NCBI GenBank assembly: GCA_035399665.1
Contig: DAOPJM010000007.1
Coordinates: 2,309 to 66,308, forward strand
Source: Clostridia bacterium
GTDB lineage: Bacteria; Bacillota; Clostridia; Christensenellales; CAG-138
Direction of reading: 5' to 3'
DNA: 64,000 bases
The notes under the pieces were generated by a model. It did no database searches. It saw only the letters and a list, made by a program, of their open reading frames with translations, and was not told the DNA's origin. The position numbers and the translations under genes are program-made. Shown here piece by piece: positions 19,464 through 26,627 of this stretch (position 1 is the first letter of the stretch; every line of letters starts with the position of its first letter).

Positions 19464-21923
19464 CTATATAAATAGGTTGACATTCGATTCTTCCGCGTCT
19501 CCAAGATATGCTCCGACCCCGCCAAGCTCCACTCCGTCGATAAGCTCCTCTGCCTTGATACCCATGACATCCATGCTCATGGTACAGGCGACTATCTTTA
19601 CGCCGGCATTCATGGCCTTGTGTATCAGCTCCTCAAGTGAATCGACGTTCTTATCGCTCATAATGCGTTTCATCATGGCCGTACCCATGCCCGCCATATT
19701 GAGCTTCGACAGTTTAAGCTTGCCGCTGCCCCTTGGGAGCATGAAGCCAAACATGGATTCCATGAAGCTCTTCTTTACAGGCTGCTTCTTGGGTTTTCTC
19801 AAAACGGTCAAGCCCCAGAAGGTGAAAAACATGGTCACGGGTCTGCCCATGGCGGCCGCGCCGTTCGCTATAATGAAGCTTGCTAAGACCTTATCAAGGT
19901 CGCCGGAGAACACGATGATGGTTTTGCCGTCCTCGCTCTTTAGGGGCGTCTCTTTGACAGCCGCGCTCTTCATCACTCCCGCAACGTAGTCATTTCCTCT
20001 ATGCTCATTATACAAAAGGGTGTTGCCCGTGCGCCTGCACCAAGCGCCTATGTCGCGTGCGAAACCGGGGTCGGAGGCGGAAACCTCAAGCACCTCTCCG
20101 TCACGCATTGTGTTAACGGACTCAAATACCTTCATGATGGGTCCGGGGCATTGCATTCCGCTGCAATCCAAACGAATGGACGCTGTGACCGCCTTCGTCT
20201 TGTCCGTGTCCCGCGCCTGTACAGATTCGGTTGTAGAATCATTTACCGTACTCATATCCTCATCCCTTTCGTAATGTGTGGAAGCATAGAAGCGAGTTCC
20301 GCCCGGGTACAGCCTTACATCCGTGAAACCATGCTGCATCAGTATCCTTGCCGCGTTATACGACCTCACGCCTATGGCGCAGAACGTGACTATGGGCTTT
20401 GATGTGTCCAACTCGTCCAGTCTGTCCCTGAGCTGCCCCAAAGGTATGTGAACGGCGTTCGGCAATGAGAACGCCATAAGTTCCGCGTCCTCGCGTACAT
20501 CCAAGGCTATGGCGTCAGGCTCCCTTTCAAGTACGTCCCAGTCAGCGAATCTGACAAGCCCGCGCAGCACGTTATCCGCAACGAAGCCCGCCATGTTAAC
20601 GGGGTCTTTCGCAGAGGAGTATGGAGGAGCATAGGCAAGCTCAAGCCGCATTAGGTCATCCACTCCCGCATTTAGGCGAATCGCTGTTGAAAGGGTGTCG
20701 ATGCGCTTGTCCACACCTTCACCTCCGACTATCTGTGCGCCGTAAATGAGTTTTCCGTCCGTTGCAAAGAGCAGTTTGATCATCATGGGAACCGCGCCGG
20801 GGTAGTAGCCCGCGTGGGAATTCTGCATTATGATGATGCTCTCATAATCCTTCCCCTTCTTCATGCCGCGACGGATAAGGGTCTTTTCGTTTGCGCCCGT
20901 GGACGCCGCTGTAAGGTCAAAGACCTTCGCCACGGAGCTTCCTTGCGTACCCTCATAATGATCTGCATATCCCGCGATATTATTTGCGGCAATGCGTCCC
21001 TGCTTGTTGGCGGGTCCCGCAAGCGGCACCATGGTCTTGTCCTTGAAGATGAAGTCCGTAACCTCGGTCACATCACCCACTGCATATATGTTGTCATCAG
21101 AGGTTTTCTGCGTATCGTCAACAACTATTCCACCCCTTGCGTTGAGCTGTAAGCCCGCCTGCTTTGCAAGCGTGCTGTTTGGGCGAACTCCGATGGAGAG
21201 TATTACAAGCTCGCTTGGCAGAATTTTCCCGCTCTTCAGCTTGACCGTGACCTTATCGTCCTCGGTTTCGAATGCGCTCACAGCGTCGCCTAAATACAGA
21301 TCAACGCCGTTCTGTATGATGTTCTCATGCAGGAGCTTTGCCATCTCGAAGTCAAGCGGGGCCATGACCTGATCCATCGCTTCGATGATGTTGACCTTCA
21401 AACCCGCGTGGTGGAGGTTCTCCGCCATCTCCAAGCCTATGAATCCTCCGCCTACGACCGAGACGGTCTTAACTCCTTGCTCGCCTATCATTTTGCGTAT
21501 CCTGTCGGCGTCGGGTACAGTCCACAGGGTTTGGATGCGCGGCGAATCTATGCCCGCTATCGGGGGACGCAGCGGCGATGATCCCGTTGCTATCACAAGC
21601 TTGTCATAGCTTTCTTCGTAGCTCTCACCGCTGTCCAAACGCTTCACGGATATGGTCTTGTTCATGCAATCGATGCTCGTTGCTTCATTCTTTACGCGAA
21701 CATCTACCCTGAACTTCTTTCGCATGGCCTCGGGCGTTTGCAAAAGCAACGCGTCGCGGGACTTTATTACGTTTCCGACATGGTAGGGCAGACCGCAGTT
21801 TGCATATGAGATGTACTCTCCGCGCTCCAGCATAACTATATCGGCATTTTCATCAAGTCTGCGCAGTCTTGCCGCGCAGCTTGCGCCGCCCGCGACGCCT
21901 CCGATTATGACTACCTTACTCAT
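19464..21923 (-). CDS. Four-domain fusion: CoA-disulfide/persulfide reductase (FAD/NAD(P) pyridine-nucleotide disulfide oxidoreductase), rhodanese, TusA/SirA-like and DsrE/DsrF-like
   Basis: 819 aa. GGVAGGASCA FAD motif, redox Cys in SYANCGLPY, rhodanese loop FCAIGVRS, TusA motif CSGMQCPGP. C-terminal DsrE-like region (IIVFSGDLDK...FFTFWGL...ACTMSMDVMG). Confidence 0.8.
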   Translation of the reverse strand: MSKVVIIGGVAGGASCAARLRRLDENADIVMLERGEYISYANCGLPYHVGNVIKSRDALLLQTPEAMRKKFRVDVRVKNEATSIDCMNKTISVKRLDSGESYEESYDKLVIATGSSPLRPPIAGIDSPRIQTLWTVPDADRIRKMIGEQGVKTVSVVGGGFIGLEMAENLHHAGLKVNIIEAMDQVMAPLDFEMAKLLHENIIQNGVDLYLGDAVSAFETEDDKVTVKLKSGKILPSELVILSIGVRPNSTLAKQAGLQLNARGGIVVDDTQKTSDDNIYAVGDVTEVTDFIFKDKTMVPLAGPANKQGRIAANNIAGYADHYEGTQGSSVAKVFDLTAASTGANEKTLIRRGMKKGKDYESIIIMQNSHAGYYPGAVPMMIKLLFATDGKLIYGAQIVGGEGVDKRIDTLSTAIRLNAGVDDLMRLELAYAPPYSSAKDPVNMAGFVADNVLRGLVRFADWDVLEREPDAIALDVREDAELMAFSLPNAVHIPLGQLRDRLDELDTSKPIVTFCAIGVRSYNAARILMQHGFTDVRLYPGGTRFYASTHYERDEDMSTVNDSTTESVQARDTDKTKAVTASIRLDCSGMQCPGPIMKVFESVNTMRDGEVLEVSASDPGFARDIGAWCRRTGNTLLYNEHRGNDYVAGVMKSAAVKETPLKSEDGKTIIVFSGDLDKVLASFIIANGAAAMGRPVTMFFTFWGLTVLRKPKKQPVKKSFMESMFGFMLPRGSGKLKLSKLNMAGMGTAMMKRIMSDKNVDSLEELIHKAMNAGVKIVACTMSMDVMGIKAEELIDGVELGGVGAYLGDAEESNVNLFI

Positions 21924-21938
21924 ACTGCCCTCCTTCTT

Positions 21939-22250
21939 TTAGTTCTCAAGCATACGCAGGATATTGCGCTTAGGCTGCGCTCCCATGCTCTTTTTGACTA
22001 CCTTGCCGTCCTTCATGACGATAAGCGTTGGTATGCTCACTATGCCAAACGCGGAAGCAAGCTCGCGCTGTTCGTCCACATTGACCTTGCCGACCTTAAT
22101 ACCTGCGGTTTCCTCCGCTATCTCGTCTATCACGGGCGACACCATGCGGCAGGGTCCGCACCAGCTTGCCCAGAAATCCAATAATACGGGGAGCTTGCTG
22201 CTTATAACTTCGTCTTGGAAATTGTCTTTCGTTATTGTTATGACTGACAT
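21939..22250 (-). CDS. trxA: Thioredoxin
   Basis: 103 aa with a WCGPC active site. It lies 15 nt upstream of the reductase fusion, which has its own AAGGAGGG RBS. Confidence 0.92.
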   Translation of the reverse strand: MSVITITKDNFQDEVISSKLPVLLDFWASWCGPCRMVSPVIDEIAEETAGIKVGKVNVDEQRELASAFGIVSIPTLIVMKDGKVVKKSMGAQPKRNILRMLEN

Positions 22251-22291
22251 TGTTGTCTCCTTCTCCCATTTCGGGTTCTTATGATGGTTTG

Positions 22292-22332
22292 AGTATACCC
22301 CGATTTGTCGATTCGTTCCGTGACATTGTCAC
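22292..22332 (-). promoter_or_regulatory. Candidate activator-dependent promoter: 13-bp palindrome GTGACA-T-TGTCAC centred about 41 nt upstream of the predicted +1, -10 TATACT, no recognisable -35
   Basis: Palindrome at 22320-22332. TATACT (minus strand) at 22297-22292. The predicted +1 near 22285 gives a 35-nt leader to trxA. Confidence 0.45.
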
Positions 22333-22416
22333 ATTGGATAAATTAAAGCTCGGCGGCTCCTTGTAAGACCCGCTGAGGCAAAGAACGCCTGTTAAACTGT
22401 TCTTTGGGGCTGTCCG

Positions 22417-23382
22417 CTAAAACCTCAGGCTTTCATCGAAGTATCGATCCACGGACGCCAGCCCTTCATACTTTTTGAACAACTTTTGGACGCGGGCTTG
22501 TGACAAATCATAATCAGTAATGATAAAAAGCAGCAGGAGGAAATATCGATAGCGCATGAAGTGGTTCAGCTCCCGTTTAAACCGCTCGTCAACGGGCATA
22601 AGCTTTTCGTAGCCACGCATGAAGGGCGTGAGAAACTCCTGCGCCTGCCGAGTAAAATCATTTAGCGGCAGGTTGAGATGGGCATAAAGTCCCACGACTA
22701 TATCAGCAAAGTAATGTGCAAGGCAGCAGTCGTCAAAATCGAAAACCTGCAATTCGTCGTTATTCAAAAAGAAATTCCCGTTGTGTAAATCATAATGCAC
22801 CGTGCCATAGCAGGACGAATCCATGGGAAGCGACAGTATCCTGTCAAGCGTCTTATGATATAGCGCAGCGTAATCGCTCCCGCAGAACTTGTTGAGCAGT
22901 TCCTCGGCTCCCGCTATCGAAGGGTCGTCTGTGAACATGAAGCGCGGGTACTTTGGGCGAAACTCCATTGCAGCCCTGTGCATCATCGCCGTAGTCTTTC
23001 CCCAAAGCTCAAACAAGTTCTCGTTGTATAGTGCCTTGTTATTATGCAGAACCTCCACACCTTTTGCCTTGGTCTCTACGCACACCCAAAAGCTTTCGCC
23101 CTTGTTCCTGTATGGGATGTACTCGCTGCCCTCATGCAATAGCTGATGTGAAACCTTCACGCCTCCGCGTTCAAGGCAGGCGATAAACTCGGCTTCGGCC
23201 TTGAGCTGCTCTAAGCTGCGATGAGATTCGTGTATAAACTTCATCACATAGCCGTCATTGACTGAAAACACAAGGTTTTGCGCGTCCCCAAGGCACCTCG
23301 GCTCCCCCGCCTCCGTTCCGAATGCATGGCACAGCTTGGCAATATCGGCAACATCAACGGCCTCCCTTATCCGTGTCAACAT
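22417..23382 (-). CDS. Phosphotransferase-family kinase (APH/choline-kinase-like fold)
   Basis: 321 aa. Brenner-type catalytic motif HYDLHNGNF and metal-binding DFDD. Confidence 0.7.
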   Translation of the reverse strand: MLTRIREAVDVADIAKLCHAFGTEAGEPRCLGDAQNLVFSVNDGYVMKFIHESHRSLEQLKAEAEFIACLERGGVKVSHQLLHEGSEYIPYRNKGESFWVCVETKAKGVEVLHNNKALYNENLFELWGKTTAMMHRAAMEFRPKYPRFMFTDDPSIAGAEELLNKFCGSDYAALYHKTLDRILSLPMDSSCYGTVHYDLHNGNFFLNNDELQVFDFDDCCLAHYFADIVVGLYAHLNLPLNDFTRQAQEFLTPFMRGYEKLMPVDERFKRELNHFMRYRYFLLLLFIITDYDLSQARVQKLFKKYEGLASVDRYFDESLRF

Positions 23383-23477
23383 ATTTCCACCTCATTTCCA
23401 TATCAGTATACAGCAGCAGTCCATGGGCTGTCAATGAAGCTCAATATGGCAAGCTTGTTACTTTTTATCGAATGGTC

Positions 23478-23506
23478 TTGCAATATTTGGGAACCTGCGG
23501 TAAAAT
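23478..23506 (+). promoter_or_regulatory. Promoter TTGCAA - 17 nt - TAAAAT
   Basis: Hexamers at 23478-23483 and 23501-23506. GGAGGTG RBS and TTG start at 23533. Confidence 0.5.
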
Positions 23507-23532
23507 GAATTATCATTACATGGAGGTGCAGC

Positions 23533-23940
23533 TTGTTACAGATTATTTTCGGTGCCAAGGGTACGGGCAAGACCAAGCGAATTCTTGAGCTTGCAAATCG
23601 TATCGCCGCTGAGTGCAAGGGAAGCACAGTTTTCATTGACGACGACAACAACTATATGTATGACCTTGATTACAGCATACGCTTTATCAATGCCAGCGAG
23701 TATGGTATCAACGGGGTCGAACGTTTTTATGGTTTCCTCTGCGGCTTAGCGGCTTCCGATTATGACCTTGAGTATGTCTTTGTGGACGGCTTTGCAAGCC
23801 TTGTTTCCGAGGACATGGCGGCAGTTGAGGAGACGGTTTCCCGCCTGCAGCACTATACCGAGCTTCACAAGATCCATCTCGTTATCGCTGTCAGCAGCTC
23901 AACGGAGCTGCCCGAGACGCTGAAGGGTTATGTAATCTGA
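23533..23940 (+). CDS. Hypothetical minimal P-loop NTPase (135 aa)
   Basis: Walker A GAKGTGKT at residues 7-14. Walker-B-like hydrophobic strand plus acidic residues TVFIDDD, and a second strand YVFVDG. No other domain is recognisable. Confidence 0.5.
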   Translation: MLQIIFGAKGTGKTKRILELANRIAAECKGSTVFIDDDNNYMYDLDYSIRFINASEYGINGVERFYGFLCGLAASDYDLEYVFVDGFASLVSEDMAAVEETVSRLQHYTELHKIHLVIAVSSSTELPETLKGYVI

Positions 23941-23963
23941 CTCTGTGCAAAATCATAACGCGG

Positions 23964-23998
23964 GGCGGCCGCTCTATTTTGGCAGGCCGCCTGTTGTT
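23964..23998 (+). terminator. GC-rich hairpin, possible terminator or attenuator
   Basis: GGCGGCC (23964-23970) pairs with GGCCGCC (23985-23991), then TGTTGTTG. Confidence 0.35.
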
Positions 23999-24016
23999 GC
24001 GTTGTTAGGAGCTAAT

Positions 24017-25273
24017 ATGGAATACTACGACGACAAATCGTCTTTGCAGGAAGAAACCCCTGACGCGGTGGAAAACCGGTTTGTGGGCTGCGCACCGCGC
24101 CGCAAGCGTCACATCATGCGCGTTATCCTCCCGATACTCTGCCTGTTAGTGGGGCTTTGCCTTGGGTTCGTGCTGTGCGTCTCGTTTTTCGGCGATAAGC
24201 TTACAGCCTTTACTTCGCAAAGCGAGGTCATGAACATCGTTCAGGAGCACTACTATTACTATGATGAGGAGCAGCCCGACCTTGTGGAAGGTATGCTCAA
24301 AGGGACGGTGGACTGCCTTGATGACAGCTACGCCGTGTACTACACCGCGGAGGAGTTCGCGGAGCTGACCTCGTCGCAGTCGGGCAACTACATCGGCATG
24401 GGCGTTATGGTAAGTCAGAATGAGGACGGCTCCTTCACCATTTCCGAGGTGTTTGACAATACTCCCGCGTCCGAAGTCGGAATTATGGCGGGTGATAAGG
24501 TGCTGCTTATCAATGGTCTAAGCGGCGACGGCTTGGATTTAGATACCTTCTTGGATTATGTTTCCCACGAGGAGGGTAACATAAACACGCTTTTGTTGGA
24601 ACGTGACGGGCAGGAGCTTGAATTCACCGTTGAAATGCGCGAGGTCTACGCGCCCTACGTTCACTATGAGATGCTTGACAATAACGTAGGCTACATCCGT
24701 CTGTCGGCCTTCCATGGGCAATGCGTAGATGAGATGAAAGCCGCTCTTACGGCGCTTGACGAGCAGGGCATAACTTCGCTTGTCCTTGACCTTCGCGGTA
24801 ATCCCGGCGGATCCTTGAGCGACGTCTGCGATATTGCCGACCTGTTCCTTGACAAAGGGCTTTTGATAACCTCCGTTAAGACCCGCGACGGCGTTTCCAG
24901 CACCTACACCACAAGTCATGACGCTAAAACAACCGTACCCATGGTTGTGCTGGTCAACGGAGATTCCGCCTCCGCGAGCGAGCTGCTCTCCGGCGCGCTG
25001 CAAAGTCACGACAGAGCGACCATAATCGGAACCACCACTTATGGCAAGGGCATAGTGCAGTCCTTCTACTATGTGCTTTCAACGGGCGGCTATGTCAAGC
25101 TCACCACCGAGGCATACTACACGCCCGATGACGTCTGTATACACGGCGTTGGGATTATTCCCGACGTCACTGTTGAACTGCCTGAGGAATATCAAGGCTA
25201 TTCCGTTACCTCCATTCCCCGTGAATGCGATACGCAGCTTCAAGCCGCCATTAACGAATTAGGAGGAAATTGA
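24017..25273 (+). CDS. S41-family C-terminal processing peptidase (CtpA/Tsp-like) with TM anchor and PDZ
   Basis: RGNPGG, NGDSASASE (nucleophile Ser) and TYGKG (general-base Lys). Start taken as ATG 24017 (AGGAG RBS) rather than the ORF-track start at 23945. Confidence 0.85.
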   Translation: MEYYDDKSSLQEETPDAVENRFVGCAPRRKRHIMRVILPILCLLVGLCLGFVLCVSFFGDKLTAFTSQSEVMNIVQEHYYYYDEEQPDLVEGMLKGTVDCLDDSYAVYYTAEEFAELTSSQSGNYIGMGVMVSQNEDGSFTISEVFDNTPASEVGIMAGDKVLLINGLSGDGLDLDTFLDYVSHEEGNINTLLLERDGQELEFTVEMREVYAPYVHYEMLDNNVGYIRLSAFHGQCVDEMKAALTALDEQGITSLVLDLRGNPGGSLSDVCDIADLFLDKGLLITSVKTRDGVSSTYTTSHDAKTTVPMVVLVNGDSASASELLSGALQSHDRATIIGTTTYGKGIVQSFYYVLSTGGYVKLTTEAYYTPDDVCIHGVGIIPDVTVELPEEYQGYSVTSIPRECDTQLQAAINELGGN

Positions 25274-26520
25274 TGGATTATTTAGTGCGCGATATCTCTC
25301 TTTACCCTTCGGGCGATGACAAAATCGAGTGGGTCAGGCGCAACATGCCGCTTCTTCGTACAATCGAATCCGAGTTTGTTAAGGAGCGCCCCTTTGAGGG
25401 AGTAAACATAGCCCTTTCGGTACACCTTGAGGCCAAGACAGCTTACCTGTGCAAGGTACTCAAGGCAGGCGGCGCAAATATGTACGTCACGGGCAGCAAT
25501 CCCTTATCCACTCAGGACGACGTCGCGGCGGCACTTGCCCATGACGGTATGCATGTGTATGCGCTTCACGCCTGTAACGACATTGAGTACCGCAACTGTC
25601 TGCGTATGGTTTTGTCGGGAAATCCCACGATAATCATTGATGACGGTGCGGATTTGTGTGAGCTTATACTGTCGGAGTTTCCTGTGCTTATCCCTCAGCT
25701 TATGGGCGGATGTGAGGAAACCACCACGGGCTTGGTACGCCTTAGGGCGATGGAGCGCGACGGCAGACTTACCTTCCCCATGATTGCGGTCAATGACGCC
25801 ATGTGCAAGCACTTGTTTGACAACCGTTATGGCACGGGTCAATCCGTGTTTGACGGTATAGACCGTACAACCAACCTTATTGTCGCGGGCAAAACCGTCG
25901 TGATTGCGGGTTACGGCTGGTGCGGCAAGGGCGTCGCGATGCGCGCAAAAGGACTTGGTGCGAAGGTTATTGTGACCGAGGTTGATCCCATCAAGGCGAT
26001 AGAGGCCGTCATGGACGGGTTTGCCGTTATGCCCATGCTTGACGCCGCGGAGCTTGGCGAGCTGTTCATCACCGTTACGGGCGATTGTGACGTTATCGGC
26101 GCTGAAGCGTTTATGCGCATGAAGGACGGGGCGATACTGTGCAATGCCGGGCATTTCAATGTTGAAGTCAATGTTGAGGCTCTTGAAGCCTTTGCAGTTA
26201 AGAAGCGTCAGATGAAACCTAATATCATGGGGTACCTTCTTCCGAACGGGAAATGGGCCTATTTGCTCGCTGAGGGCAGACTTGTGAACCTTGCTTCAGG
26301 TGACGGACACCCTGCGGAAATCATGGACATGAGCTTTGCGATTCAGGCTTTATGCGCCCGCTATGTGCGGCAAAGCTGCGGTACACTCAAAGCGGGGCTG
26401 CATCCTGTCCCCGTTGAGATAGACAATCGTGTGGCCGAGCAAAAGCTTTTGGCGCTTGGTGTTTATATTGACGAGCTTACCAAAAAACAACGAGAATATA
26501 TGACAAGCTGGCAACTTTAG
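25273..26520 (+). CDS. ahcY: Adenosylhomocysteinase
   Basis: About 415 aa. NAD-binding GYGWCGKG and the typical ..GHFNVE.. region. ATG 25273 is preceded by AGGAGGA and overlaps the ctp stop. Confidence 0.9.
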   Translation: MDYLVRDISLYPSGDDKIEWVRRNMPLLRTIESEFVKERPFEGVNIALSVHLEAKTAYLCKVLKAGGANMYVTGSNPLSTQDDVAAALAHDGMHVYALHACNDIEYRNCLRMVLSGNPTIIIDDGADLCELILSEFPVLIPQLMGGCEETTTGLVRLRAMERDGRLTFPMIAVNDAMCKHLFDNRYGTGQSVFDGIDRTTNLIVAGKTVVIAGYGWCGKGVAMRAKGLGAKVIVTEVDPIKAIEAVMDGFAVMPMLDAAELGELFITVTGDCDVIGAEAFMRMKDGAILCNAGHFNVEVNVEALEAFAVKKRQMKPNIMGYLLPNGKWAYLLAEGRLVNLASGDGHPAEIMDMSFAIQALCARYVRQSCGTLKAGLHPVPVEIDNRVAEQKLLALGVYIDELTKKQREYMTSWQL

Positions 26521-26523
26521 CAC

Positions 26524-26552
26524 TTTACAACGGCAAAATCTTGTGGTAAAAT
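26524..26552 (+). promoter_or_regulatory. Promoter TTTACA - 17 nt - TGgTAAAAT
   Basis: -35 at 26524-26529, -10 at 26547-26552, with extended TG. Confidence 0.55.
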
Positions 26553-26627
26553 GACTTTTGGCTAAGCTGTTTATTCTGCGTAAAGTAGAACTAAGATAGT
26601 ACGAAATACCTTACAGGGGGATATGAA

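Noticed and set aside
22379-22406. Perfect 8-bp hairpin CAAAGAAC-N12-GTTCTTTG just after the APH-like kinase gene, considered as its terminator.
   Set aside because: There is no U-tract on either strand and the loop is 12 nt. It may still act as an RNA-stability element, but I cannot support a terminator call.
23501-23535. Near-identical initiation module TAAAATGAAT...(12-14 nt)...GAGGTGCAGCTTG shared with 48822-48858 (upstream of thrC).
   Set aside because: The identical parts are a consensus-like -10 box and an SD plus TTG start. Upstream and intervening sequences differ. Most likely this is convergence on optimal signals rather than a duplicated or mobile element. A genome-wide count of the 13-mer would test this.
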